Positions 23,420 through 37,182 of a DNA stretch of 64,000 bases are shown in pieces; within the stretch, counting starts at the first letter, position 1, and each line of letters begins with the position of its first letter. The stretch is from Balamuthia mandrillaris (taxonomy: Eukaryota). Where the stretch lies: contig JAVKOQ020000010.1 in the NCBI GenBank assembly GCA_031835245.2, forward strand, positions 186,001 to 250,000. Reading direction: 5' to 3'. The position numbers and the translations under genes were made by a program. The notes below the pieces were generated by a model. It was not told the origin of the DNA and ran no database searches. It saw nothing but the letters and a program-made list of their open reading frames with translations.

Positions 23420-26400
23420 TCAACTGCTTCTGGCATTGTGACCAAGCGACTGCTAAGATCATGAAGCTTGGTAACCTCTGGATGAACGTTGATGAGTCTG
23501 TAGACGCCTTGTGGAGAAGTGCAACTGGCCATGAAGTGAAGCCAAAGGGTTACGTCACTCTTTGTTTTCGGATGCCTACTTGCGAGAACGTCAAGGCAAC
23601 CGTTGCTGTCTTGGTGGAGGATGATCCGATGCCTCACGATTTTCTCATCAGCTGGGACATTTTGGAAGCACGATGACACTGGTTGCTTCTTGCTGAGAGC
23701 AAACCTGTGGTACCCCCATCCATGTGAAGCCTCACAAGGTCAGCGCCAAGGTTCAAGATGTTGGTAAAATCACCAACACTTATCTCAAGACTCCTCATGT
23801 TGGATCCGTCCCGGACCCTCAGCTCTCCTTTCTTTTGTATCCTCCATCCTTTCCTTCTCCCTTTTCCCTTTTCTCTCGGTGTACTTTGAAGCAATGTCGG
23901 AGATTCACTCCCGTTGTCCTTCCTCTATTCTCTTGAATACACTTCTTGTCTCGTCACCAACTCTTTTATTCTTGAGGTTGGATTCAACCAACAAAGAGAC
24001 CATTGACGCTGCCATGGATGACATGCTACTCATGGACGTCATTCACAAATCTGTCAGCAAATGGGCACACCCAGTAATCATCATCAAGAAGGACAGAAAA
24101 CCACATTTCTGTATTGATTACAGAGAGCTAAACAAACAGACAGTGAAGGACTCCTATCCTATGCCAAACATTGAGGACGGACTGAATTGCCTCCATGGCT
24201 CCAAGTTCCAGTCCAAGTTTGACCTAGCATGTGGTTATTGGCACTTCCTAATGGAGGAGTGTACCACAAATATGTGTGCCTTTGTTACAAAATCCGGCCA
24301 GTTTGAGCCTGTGGTTATGCCCTTCAGACCTACCAACGGTCCAGCTACGTTCCAACAAGGAATGGACAAGATCTTCAGCAAATTCAAGAAGTTTTCTTGG
24401 TGTCACATCGACAACCTCATCATTTTTTCCAAGACATTTGAGGACCACCTCGTTCACTTACACAAGGTCTTTGAGCATCTCCGTGAGTATCGACTCTACG
24501 TGAAGGTCAACAAATGCGCCTTTGTAAAGGAGACGATGGAGTACCTTGGACACATGGTGTCTAGCAACAGAATTAGTCCCATGCAGAGCAAGGTCAAGGC
24601 AGTGCAAGATTGCCCTTGCCCTACCACCAGGAAGCAACTACAAAGCTTCCTTGGACTTGCAAACTACTATCACAAGTTCATCCATCATCTCACCGAGATG
24701 GTGAAGCCCCTCACCGACCTCATGAGCCCCAAAACGAAGTTCATATGAAGTGACAAGCAGGAAAAGGCTTTCAAAGGGATAAAAGAGGCTCTCATTAGTT
24801 CTCCTGTCCTTGCCTATCCTGATGCTGAAAAAGACTTTCGGATCTGCTGTAATGCCAGCGATTACGCCATCAGGGGAACTCTGGAGCAGAAAGGAGAGGA
24901 TGGGCTATATCATGTTGTAACCTACGGTAGCAAGAAGCTTTCCGGTCTGCAGCTCAATTGGAGCACTATGGAGAAGGAGGCTTACGCCATTGTCTTCTTC
25001 TTGCAGCATTGGAGACATTACGTTCTTCAGCAGCTAGAATGTGTCATCACGGACCACTCAGCACTGCAATGGCTGTTCTCCCAGAAAAACCCTTCAGGCA
25101 AGTTGGCAAGGTGGATTGCCAAGCTGCAGGAATTCAGCTACATCCAAGTTACCCACCGACCAGGGAAAGAACATTTAAATGCCGATAGTCTCAGCCGTGA
25201 ACTGTTTGCTCTTGGTGCAGTCAACACTGTTACTTGTCCAAAGAACCATAAACAGGTTACTTTTGCAGATGGAGGGGAAGGCAGCCAGTCAGATGACGAA
25301 GACGACTGTGGGATACAGTCACAAGAGAATGGCTCCCCGCAGGCTTTACCGGATATGGAGTTGGATTCCGACTCATGGCTTGAGCTGCTGCGTAATGACG
25401 ATGAATTTTCATGGATCATCAAGGGCTGTGTGGAATGCCAGGAGGCGAAGGCTCTGTGGAAGAAAGCTGATGGGCCGTTGGGTCACATCATTGCAAACGA
25501 GCCAGGCGAGTTGGTCTGCATGGACCTGATTGGTGAGTTGCCCTTGACGGCTGAAGGGTACCGATACGCCTTGGTCACCATCGATGCCTTCACATGTTGG
25601 CCGGACATTTGTCCATTGAAGATGAAACAAGCAAAGGAAGTGGTGAAGGTCTTACTTGAGATCTTTGTGAGCACGGACCTCCTGAAGGAGCTTCTGTCTG
25701 ATCAAGGAAGAGAGTTTGTTAACAAACTCAACACTGAGCTTTCGACTCTTCTGGGCATCAAGTGTAAATACGCCACAGCAGAGCATCCCCAAGGAAATGG
25801 CATGGTTGAACGATACAACCGCACCCTTAAGGAGCAGCTCCACAAATTCGTGGATGGCAGGCAACAAGCCTGGAGTGTGTACCTTCCTATGCTACTTTAT
25901 TCTTATCACCATGCACCGCTGCCAGGACGATGATTTACCCCTTACAAGCTGATGTTTGGGAGGAAGTCCAACGGTACCAATTTGGTGGACACTACTCATC
26001 TGTCTGACGATTCGTGGGTGAGGCAACTGCAGGAGACACAGCGTGAACTTGCAGAAGAAGCCTGCAGAGTAGACAGCGTTCAAAAGAAGAAGACGGAGAA
26101 ACGGCATGGCAAGCCAGAGGATGAGTTTAAGGTTGGCAACCTGGTTCTCATTCACTCCAAAGCCACATCAGTAGGTGAGTCAAGGAAACTTCAACGTAGT
26201 TGGAAAGGAGGACCCTACAAGATTATCGAAATCTGTTCTCCGCAGACAATCAAGGTGCGGAATACTGCTGGTCCTGAAACGGATAAAGTGGTAAATCTCA
26301 ACCGCATCAAATGATTCATCCTGTGTAACGATGAAGATAGAGAGCTCGCTGATGATGAATATGAGGTTGAGAAAGTTTTAGATCACTGCTACACCAGTCG

Positions 26401-26470
26401 AGGACTTGAATATAGGTTGAAGTGGAAAGGTTTCTCCAACTGCCACAACTCTTGGGAGCCTGAGCGTTAT
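23420..26470 (+). mobile_element. Decayed Ty3/gypsy chromovirus pol (protease-RT-RNaseH-integrase-chromodomain)
   Basis: DFLISWDIL (protease); KPHFCIDYRELNKQTVKDSYPMP, MPFRPTNGPATFQ (RT); EKEAYAIV...TDHSALQWL (RNaseH); MDLIGELP...SDQGREF...HPQGNGMVERYNRTLK (integrase); EYEVEKVLDH...YRLKWKGFSNCHNSWEPE (chromodomain); stops and frameshifts. Confidence 0.92.
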
Positions 26471-28407
26471 CATAATACAACTACTTAACAAATTAAAATA
26501 ACCATATAAACAAAAAATGAATTCAAAAAAAAAACAATAGAAACATGTATTTAAAATGACTATAAAGAGGCTCATAAGAAAACAACCTAACTAACACCAA
26601 CTTGAAGAATGTAGCAAAAGACCTTTAATGAAATGAAAGCAAGCATAATAAAAAAAGGGGAATCTCTTAATCAAAATACTGCTTTTCTATGCATTGATTT
26701 AGAACAGATTATAATAATCTTATAAGGTCCTCCTTTTCAACTACATCAACGTTTCTTAGACTCACCAATTGACATTATCTTGGAGTAAATGAGTACCAAG
26801 TTGCTAACCTTAAACTCTTCCTTTAGTTCTCTATGTTACTTCTGAATCTTTTTTTGCATTGCAGGAAGCAGCATTAAATGTATCCTTCTTTCTTGCTTCC
26901 ATCAACACATTTCTTACTCTCTTGTTCTTGACTTGCTGTTAAAATGGACACTGAACAGGTAGCAAACTGCCAATCTTTATTTCTTTATAATGGTATTCAT
27001 CAGTGAGCTTCATGACTATGACGCTGATGGTAGTGCTAGCACTCCTCATTCTTCTCATAGTTTGTGTTCTTTTCTCTTTCTTCCCTGTTTCTCTTTCTCA
27101 TTTTTTCTTTCTCTTTTTTCTTTTTCTCTCTCTCTTGTTTTCTTGCTCATGCCACATTCTCTCCCATATCTCAAGCATTTACTATGCTTTCCCTGCCCAT
27201 GATCAGGAGGAGCTCAGCAGTGGTAAGAGAGCATGAGCACACTCTAGTACAAGGACTTGAACGATCAACACATTTCATTTCTAAGTACTCTCTTGTCCAG
27301 TGCTATTGCCTGGCAGTTAAAGTGTTTGTGAAGTGTGACTTTGTTGATGGGGAATAAACTCTGTGAATCAAGAAAGGGACAGCATGTAAGTGACTCTGGG
27401 TTTATTCACAAGAAAAGAGGTGTGGACCAAAGTGTGTGTTTTGAATGTGTTATGAGGAAAAAGGGAAAATAAAAAGGGGTGAGGAAAAAAAATGAACCTT
27501 ACTTTTTTTCTATTCCCTCAACTCTATTTTTACTAGTTAATTCCCCAAGGAGTGGAAACAGGGGGTGGTTATTCCTTTTATTACTACTACTATTACTATT
27601 ACTATTTTTACTAGTTAATAAGTTTCTTTTTTCTTTTTTTAAAAAAATAAAAATCATTAACTAATTTTATTTTTTATTTTTATTAACATTATTACTGTGC
27701 ACAATCAAGTTTTTCTGAATTTCTTCATAAGTCTTAGGTCAAGGTGACATTAAAGTGGCGAGGACAAAAGAACAGCCGCTATGTGAAACAATCCTGGTAG
27801 AACTGGATTATCTGGTGTGGCAAGATGGTGCTTAAAGGATTTCCAACCAAAACAGGAGGCACCACGGTGATGAAAACATGGCTTTGCTGCTGTTTTCTCT
27901 TTTTTCATTTTTTCTCATGCTAACATTGTCCAAAGGCAGTAGTTGCTGTACAGCAATAGCAAAGACAAATAATGGTTGAATGGAATTTTCTCATTGGTTG
28001 AAGTTTGGTAATGTGATGATTGGATGGAAGTAAACTCTACAAATCTTATCTTTCCTTTTTTATTGTTGTTTGTCCTAGTTACTGACCGTTTTTCTGCAAG
28101 AAATAGCAACACAGTATGGACTTGTCGCTTTATAAAAAAGAAAGAGACAACCTAAGTAAAGAGTTAAGTGAGAAGGAAGAAAATGAAGGAAGTGAAAAAG
28201 AGAAAGAAAAAGAAAATGAGGTCACCATAATCCAAGCTTTGAAAGTTATTTGCAAAGCCTTGGAGTAAACCCTGATGAGCAATTTCAAGGTCCAAAGGCA
28301 CTTCAACAACTCCTGCAATACATGTATGCCTATATTCAAATTGTGGAGGTGTCAAAAGTCAATGCTGCTGCTGCAGGCAAAATGAAAAACAAAGGTAATT
28401 TTTTCTA

Positions 28408-28443
<36 letters not shown>

Positions 28444-31400
28444 TTCTCTTCCTTCTTCTTCTCCTCCTCCTCCTCCTTTGTTGCTTAGATCGTTTCTTAC
28501 TTTTTTTGCTAGTGTGATAAAATTCGCAGTGCTATAGTGAAGCTCCTTTTTGCTCTGTGCCTTCTTCCTCATCTTTTGTTTTGCTATCTTCAACTGCCAC
28601 TGCCCCTGCCCCCTCTCCCACAACTACAACATTTCGAGTGCTGTTCTCCAATCCTGAGAAGGGAGTAGGTTGTGTGTAAAGGAAAAGAGTAGGTGAAGCT
28701 GACGTGATGGGAGAAAGTTGTGAGGTTGGAAGAGGAGATGTGTTGAAGGTAGAGGTGGGGTCAGCTGACTGTGGTAGGGTGGAAACTAGCTTCTAACTTC
28801 TTCAACTGTTCTCAAAAGCATGTAAGGACCTCATCAACTTTTGTTATCCGAATTTCTAGAGTGTTAGTCTGACATAGTGAACTCAATGTCATGACTCATG
28901 TCAGCTGTCATGTCATTGATACTGCTACATTCTGAAGATCTTTTTTCTGTCTTCTCTGGAACTTTCCTTATCCTAGAACTTGATACAGAGAAACCAAGAA
29001 GTCACTCCTCAACTTTGATCCTCTTTCTTGGTTGCCTTCTCAACTATTTATACTTTTCTACAGGAAGATAGAAATGTGGAAAAATAGGGCATTGACATGC
29101 AAGAGCACTGAAGTGACTGACAGTCAGGGACCAGGGCATCAATATGTGGATTTAGCAATAAAGGAATCTATCAGGCTGGGGACCTTAAACTGTTATCATT
29201 CATGAAAGCCTGCTTTGCAAGCTATGCAAAAAGAGACAAAGATCTCCAAGTGTTTTGTCAAAGGGGACCAATCATTTTTTGGAGGAAGTATTCAAGTTGG
29301 TGATGGAAAAGTATGGACACCAGAATATTACCACAGTCAAGTTTCCTCTGTTAAGAAGGGAACCAACAGTAAAGTAACTCTGCTGTTCGAGTGTTTCAGC
29401 AGTTTCTTGTGAGTGTGGTAAGCTCTCCAAGGCAGGCTTATAGATCTCCTGGTTGAGAGATTCAATCAGGTCCCTGAATCATACAATCACTGCAAGTGAA
29501 AGTAAAGGCATTCCTGCTCTGGGTTCCATAAGCAACATTCATATGTAGAGGTGGTTGGATTTACTCCATGGTGTGACCAGATTACTGTGGAAAGGAATTT
29601 AACAATGGCAACAAAGAAAACACAAAAGAAGCAGTGACATGGAAACAACATGCTCACCTTGGCTGAGATAGAAGCTATGGAGAAAATGAGGCAGTACAAA
29701 AAAGAGAAACGATGAACGAGATGAGCAAAAGCAAGTTGGGAAGATATAGACCCAAAACGAAATTTTGGATTGCCAAGAAGTCAAATGCTACCTCTGGTAG
29801 TGCTCACTTAGTTGGATTTAGTAGAAATGCTACAATTGCTGATGTCTTCTTGTAATTGCTTCCCTCAAAAGTCCTTGTTGCTTTTTGAAAAGAGCTTAGC
29901 AAAGAAAGATAGTCAACAACAAATTGCTTGAGTTGAAAAACATATACATGGCCTTTGCTCTCAACAACTACTTAAGTGCAGAGATGTTTGCCGTTGAGCC
30001 TGGAACAAAACATTTATGCTGTGTTTCCTCACTTGTCTTCAACACAATAGCAGGGTGGATAACTAACTTCACAAGGGACAGAAACTTGGTAAAAGAGTTC
30101 TTGATTCAACTCAGTGAAGAACTCTTTGAGAGCACGCCGTCAAAAAACAAAGGATTATTCTTATTGCTGACATTCATGTCATGGGAGTGACATGCCATCT
30201 ATCATAAACTGTGGAAGAGGACGTGCTCAAGGCTTTCAAGCTATACCACTTCCAGCAATAAGTCCTCTTCCACGAGCTCTTCCTCCAAAGGCATTGAGAT
30301 GGAGGAGAATAGCACCTAAAACCTTTAGTTATCTTGGCCCAGCCAAAAAACAAATGTATTCAACCATAAAATAGCATCAGTGAGGGATTCTTTATAAAAT
30401 AATTGAAAAAATTTGTCTGCAAAATCAAGGGAGGAAATTTATTATTTTGATTGGGAAATCAGTAAGGAAGGATGATAGAGAAGACACTGCAAGGAAGAAA
30501 TGGCAAAAGATCAAGAGATTTGTTGACAGGATAAAATGGACCAATGATATGGTAACTAACCCAAACTATTGGTTTACAGTAAAACCCAAGTATGGCTTTG
30601 CCAGTCTCTACTCCAAGGAAGGGGCTGTGGAGGGCAGATCGATTGTGATGAGTGGTAAGGACCTTAAGAAGGAAATGGTGTGCAGAAGGATCTTTGAGTT
30701 GGCTCAAGCATGTTGCAGTGTAAAAAGTAGGAGAGAAGAATGGCATGTGGCATTGAAGAGTTACTTTGGAGACGACCCAGGTTGCCTAGACAGTATTGTG
30801 GAATTAGCCAGACTATATGCTTTCATCTGCTGATGGGTGGGCAAAGCCTGAATTGAAGAAGCCAAGAATGAACGCAAACTGCTGTGGAAGCCTACAGAAC
30901 AAAGAAATAAAGAGAAAAGGAAAAGGAGGAGAATATTAGAACAGTGGCTTTGAACAGCTTGTTGGAACTCTTTAGCATTGTGCTGGCTGAGGAGGAGCAT
31001 CATGGCTGCCAACTGGTCAATTGTGGATGAAGAAGGATAGAAGACTCAATAACTTCTTAAAGCATCTATCAACTCTAGGGGCTGGGGACAAGAGTCAGCT
31101 GTTGGGCGAAGTGTAAGCAATTTTACATTGTTGAAGTGTGCCAATGTAGGAGGATAGTTGCCTCAAGGTTGACAGGCAGGAAAGCGAGGTCAACATGAAG
31201 AGAAGAAGAGCTATTATGTTGGAGTTTTCCAACATAATATAACAATTGGGAAGGCATTGAGAATAAGGAAGTAAGAAGTAAGAGTACTCTATGTATATAC
31301 GATGCTTACTTTTTATGTATTGGTTGGTGTGAGGAACAAAGGAAAACAAAAAGGGGTAAGAGAATTTGGTGTATCCAGGGAGAGTTTTGACAGGAAGTCA

Positions 31401-31859
31401 TAATGACGCCAATTGTTGTCTTCCAACACTTGCCAAAGCAAGCTAATTCTTTCACTTATACAAAGTACTCCTTGAGTGTGATTTGTTATTGATGGAAGGA
31501 CACAAGAAGAGCTTCTTGTTCCTATTTTGTTTTGTTGGAGTTCCTTAAGGAATGTGCTGCAGGCAAAGCATGATACAAGTGTTGTGGATTCGAGGAAGTC
31601 AAGCTCATCTTCATGGTCAAAAGCATGAGGGGAACCATAGTGTGAAGATTTCTTGTTTTTAACATCAGAGTCAAAGAAAGAGAAAAGAGAAGATAAAGAA
31701 AGAGAGACAAAATGAATGAGAAAAAGAACCTATCAAAAGAAGCCACATGTCTAAAAGAAGGAAGGAAAGTTCCTAAGGTCCACAAGAAATCTACAGGAAA
31801 TCAAAAGAAGCTGACATGGGCTGACGTAGGCTGAGGAAGAATGAAGAAAGAAGCATTGT

Positions 31860-32300
31860 GTTGGTTATATTGGCAGTTACCAACACTTTTTATGGAATAC
31901 TTTTGTACATCTTCATTTGAACAATGGTGAAGAAGTTAGTCATTTGTTCTATAGTTGGGATATCAAACAGCATGATCATGTTGTGTTGAACATATATGAT
32001 AGTTGTGTGTAGGTACCTCCTAGACCCCTAACCTTTTGAGTACAAGGTTCTCAACCTTGCCTGTTGCATGACCATCAACAAGTCCTTAAGAAAGGTGGGC
32101 ATCTTACATCCAACAAGTTCTTCCTCAACACTCCTTTGCAAGGAAGCACTGTTTTCACCAATGCCACCTTTACAACATATACTTGCCCACATTTCACCTC
32201 TATCTTTCATTTCTGTACAACAACCATTTACTTCTCAACGACTGTTCCACTATGCACCCTGACTATTTCACCATCATTTGCCACAGCTTGAGACAGGTTT
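31860..32300 (-). mobile_element. Highly decayed Ty1/copia RNaseH C-terminal fragment
   Basis: SLQRSVEEELVG (cf. ALSTxEAEYxA) and IMLFDIPTIEQMTNFFT (cf. IxLxYIPTxEQxADIFTK). Confidence 0.45.
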
Positions 32301-32488
32301 TCTAGTAGGAATTATTAAAGAGTAGTATAACTCAACAAACAACAGCTTTAGCTTGAAACAAAGTCTAGTCTTTGTAATAAAAGATGCTTAAGGGAGGAGT
32401 TCATAAAGTAAGTTTTGGAACTTAAGTAGAATCAAGAAAAAACTAAAGAGAAAAAAGGACCTAAATGTCTTAAATGAAAGGAAACTAG

Positions 32489-32628
32489 TGTTGTGATAAG
32501 GCCAGTAGAGGAATAACCTAATAGACACTAACTCCATGGGGTAGGGAAAAGACCTTTAATAGAATGAAAGAAAGAGATATATATACAAGGAGAGATAGGG
32601 ATAGGTATTATGGGAGAGTAGTATAACA
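32489..32628 (-). repeat. 140-bp LTR-like unit with TGTT...AACA termini
   Basis: Minus strand TGTTATAC...CACAACA, internal TATATATA; partial copies at 23337-23410 (inverted) and ~26616-26640; no obvious TSD. Confidence 0.5.
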
Positions 32629-33129
32629 GTGTGTTTGTGTGTTCTTGTCCAAGTTCTTTTTTTTTTTTTTTTTGTGAAGAGAGAGGATAGAAGTATTTAT
32701 AGTGGAGAAGCAAACCAAGGAAGGAAAGAGGCTTGGAGTTGAATAGTGGCTTAAGGTTAAAAGTTCTAGGCTCAGGAAAGTTCCAAGTATTGTCCCCTAA
32801 ATTTTTCTCCATATCTCGTTTTATGGTGGTAGCGTCACGTGGTTTTGCCCTTCCTTCACAAGTACAAGGCCTAGAACACTCCACGTCTGCTTGGCTCTGG
32901 AGGTCGTCCAAATGGTAACAGAGGCGATAGATGGGTCCTTTGTTGTAGCGACCCTACTCACGAGTGGACGCATAACACGTCCCAAAGGTTCACAACCCTA
33001 TCGTCTTTACTTTGGGTTTAATTAAAGTTCACAACCCTAGCGTCTTTACTTTGGGTTTAATTTTAACAGCGGTGCTCCGCAAAACTCTTTTTGCGGTTGC
33101 AACACCTTCAAGCGTAACAACCGTGTTCT

Positions 33130-36100
33130 ATGAGTGGTGACTCGTTCAGTGGAGACAGGGTGGAAACCCTGTCGGAGAGCATTCGCATAAAGTCCGAGGC
33201 CAAATATGATCCCTCCCTGGATCAATCTTTGCGGCAATGGGTAAGCCAAGTCCTGGGGGAACCCATCGACCCTTCTCCGAATGTCAGTTTTGCCTCAATA
33301 TTTAAAGATGGGGTACTGTTATGCCGACTGATAAATACTCTGCGTCCCGGCACGGTCCGCACTATACACACTAGTAGGCTTGCCTTTAAGCAAATGGTGA
33401 GTAACGCTCTTTTGTGCTTTGTCTTTGTCGTTCTCACACTTGAATCACAATTGTTATGAAAGGAAAACATTCAGCACTACTTGGAAGGGTGTGCAGAGCT
33501 GGGCTTAACCAAAGCCAACCTCTTTGACACAATAGACCTCTTTGAAGAAAAAGACATTAATAACGTACGTCCTCACGCCCTCGCTCGTTCACATAAGCTG
33601 AGACGTACACCACAAAAAAAAAAACAAACAAACAAACAAACCTGCCCTCGCTGTAGGTTCTGATGAACTTGCACAACCTTTCGCAAACCCCAGCAGCCAA
33701 GCTCTTGTCCTCGTCGGGCCAGAGCAGCAAAACCCCTCCTCTGAAAGCAGCCCATAGTCATAGAGGAGGCTCTCCCTACTCCTCTCCCCCTCGTTCCCCA
33801 TATAATTCGGCGAGGGCGCCCTCTCCCAATTCAGCGGCACCTCCAGCAACGCAGCCACTCACATTCCAAACTGCCCAACCACCACCACAATCCCAACCCA
33901 AACCGCCGCAACACCAACGGACCACGTGGTCCCCAATAGCAACCACTACGATTCATAAGGACGACGTAGAGCTGGCTTCCTCCCCACAAGAGCGCACCTC
34001 TCCTCCCCATGCTTTGCGCTCACAGGCCTCCGTAAGCACAACCATCCCGAGGGGCAGAGGAAGAGCCACAGAGAGTGGGCCTGCCTTCAGAGGCTGTGGC
34101 ACCCGTGGGACGGCTAGCGTGGCACGAGGTGATACATCCGGAAGAGGGGCAGGCAGAGGCGGGGTGGCGGCTGCCACAGGCGAAGGAGGAAGGAGAGGTG
34201 GAAGAGGAGGGGGAGCACCAGCAGTACCTGCCAGAGGAGCCACATCCATTGCCAGAGGGTCTGCATCTCGGAGTACAGCATTGAAGATTGGTGCTGGTAG
34301 AGTGGGAGCTCGTGCAATAATCGAAGCACAAAACCCATTAGCAACAAATTCAGCATCGTCATCCTCACCAGCAGAAGCCGCTGGTAGCCCGAGAGCAACT
34401 GGATCGTCTTGGCGCAGCTCCACACTCCAGAAAACAAGCTCTCAACCGGACGTATCTAGCCTTACGGACGACGTAAACGCCAAACAAGCGTTCAAGTACA
34501 ATCCCATCTTGGAAGAGCAAGCAATACGGTGGATAGAAGCATGTTTGGGTGAGGCTTCGCGACCTACCGCCACCCTTCACGAGGTACTCAAGGATGGCGT
34601 ATGGCTTTGTCGACTGATAAACAAGATAAAACCAGGCTTTATTCCCGAGAACAGCATTCACACGTCGGCCATACCATACAAGCAGATGGAAAACATCGGG
34701 TCCTATTTGCGAGCCTGCAAAGCTTTAGGCATTGCGGAAACAGACCTATTCAACACCCCAGACCTTTTTGAAGCCAAGAACGTCAATTTGGTTTGTTTAT
34801 AGCCCTTGACTCTTTCTTTCCCTTCTCCTTCTTCTCCCTGTTCGGCCTCCAATAGCATAATGACATTAACTCTGCTCCCTTTCTCTGCTATAGGTCATCA
34901 ACAACATTCATGTGTTAGCTAAACACGTGGAAATTAAAGGTTTAGCTCCAAACCTTCCGCCCATAGAAGATAGCTCCAAGGCACGCCGTGCCTATTCACT
35001 ATTTTTCACGGAAGTCGCCGGCCTCAAAGATGTCCAAGCCGCCCTAGCGCAGTTGGAACTGGTGTGCTTTCCTTTTTTCACAAGCGAGAGAACGAGAGAT
35101 ACAGACAAATTTCTAACTAACTCTACATTAGGAAGAGCAAAGCAAGGAAGAGCAAGAACTGATTAACTGGATGAACTCCCATCTTTTTCCTAATGGCCCG
35201 ACCCACGAAGAAGAACCTATTGTCAGTATTAAGTTGAACCTCAGTGATGGTGTGCACATTATTCGCCTTTTGGAATTGTTGACTGAGCAGGGGGTCGGTT
35301 TTTATGAGCAAAATCCAAAGCAACCTTGGCACAAAATGCAGAACGCTACTCTGATTCTGCGGTTTATTGCTGAACAAACTTTTTTTACTGTGAGGGGATG
35401 CACCACACATGGTACGTTCGTTTCGTCACGTGCTCTTATTCAGTACAGTTCCTTCAGTTCTTACCGCCCTCTTCCCGTGAAATAGATATTGTATTAGGTA
35501 ATGTACAGTCCATTATCGTGCTGCTAAAGTACATACGAGAAAAATTTGACCACGAATACCAATTCCGCGGAAGTATGTGCTAGTTATCTCTTTACTTTAC
35601 TTCTCTCCTTCAATAATGTGTAACATCTTTGCTACAGTGAAAGAAGATACGAGGCGGATGAAAATTGCTGAGGAGGTTTTGACTACCGAGCGTACCTATG
35701 TACAGAGTTTAAACGCCGTTATAGAGGTAGAATTTCACGTTCGTTCCTGGTCAATTTCATGCCTAAACTTTACTTTCCTGTACGCCTAGTGGATTGTAAA
35801 ACCCCTACGAGAAGCCCTAACAGCCTCAGCGCCCATACTAACGGAAACAGAAATAGAGGAGGTATTTGCCAATATTGAAGACATTGTGACATTTCATTCA
35901 AGCTTGTTAAATATCTTGGAGGAGCGTATGCGCAATTTCGGACCAGATACGCTCCTTGGGGATGTGTTTGTAGAAAAGGTACCTCATAGCTTCATTATTT
36001 TTTCTACAACTAACATAACCTTTCTTCTCAGTTTGATAGTTATTTTGTTGAAATGAACAAACGGTACGTGAGGGATTTTGACAACACCCATCTTGTCATC

Positions 36101-37113
36101 CCATTCCTCAAGAACGAGAAACCACAGTTTGAAGCTTTGATAGAGGTATGTCCTTAACCTTCCATCCCTTCAAGATACACCATCACCCTCAGCGCAAGTG
36201 CTCATCTTTACATTATTTGTTTTAAGACTTTTGAAAAAGAGCAAAAAAAGACAAGCGGCTTGCCTCTCAACTCCTTTTTGATACTGCCTGTACAGCGTGT
36301 TCCTAGATATATGTTGCTAATTCAGGTAAAGGCAACCGTCCTTCATGGCTTAAGCAGACTATTGACAGAAAATCCTTTGCATTTTCATTCATTACCTAGG
36401 AGCTAGCAAAGCATACACCCGCTGACCATCCAGATATGCCCCATGTTGAGCATGCCAAAGAAAAGTTGGGTTTCATCCTTGACGACATTAATCGCAGGTA
36501 AGTGAAATTTTGTTTGTTCCTCTCGCCACCAGCCCTTATTAACATTCAATGTGCGAACTTTCTCACACTTGTGAATTTGTATCCATCAAGCAAATCCAAA
36601 TCAGACAACGTGGAGAAACTGGGGCGGATAGAGGCCATGATAATTGGCTTGGATGAGCTCCCTATGGAAGTATGTTATCTCTTGTGCCTTTAGCTGCCTC
36701 AACCGAGATTTAACTCACGTTTTTCCAATACTCTTCACCTTGTTACGTAGACACTGGCTCACCCTAAACGACGATACATCAAAGAGGGTCCACTCATTTG
36801 GGAAGGAGAAACAGAGGAAGGGCAGGATGCCTATTTCTTCTTATTCAACGATTTTCTCATGTATACACGCCACCGTTCTGAGGAGGAACTGGAAGAGCAA
36901 GAGCCGGACAAGGAGTTTGAGTACATCACCCTGTTGCCCTTAAACTTCATTGAGGACATCCGACCTTGCCAGGATAACGCCCAGGCTTTTGAGGCTGTGC
37001 TAGAAGAGGATGTGGCCACCTTCATCGCACCTTCCTCCCAAGACCGAGACGCATGGCTCAAGGACCTTCGCCACTGTGTCCAAAGCAAAGTCGTCATTCA
37101 ATTCTTTTCGTGA
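33130..37113 (+). CDS. Calponin-homology (three CH domains) RhoGEF (DH)-PH protein, multi-exon
   Basis: CH: FKDGVLLCRLINTLRPG, LKDGVWLCRLINKIKPG, LSDGVHIIRLLELLT; DH: RRMKIAEEVLTTERTYVQSL...LILPVQRVPRY; PH: YFFLFNDFLMYT...DRDAWLKDL. Confidence 0.88.
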
Positions 37114-37182
37114 TGACCATGATCACTAACCACCCAATAAAAAAGTGAGGCCAAAAACTCCAGCAGAAATAGATTTAAAATA

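Noticed and set aside
32988..33062. 36-bp repeat pair as a mini-CRISPR
   Set aside because: Only two copies separated by 3 bp; no spacer
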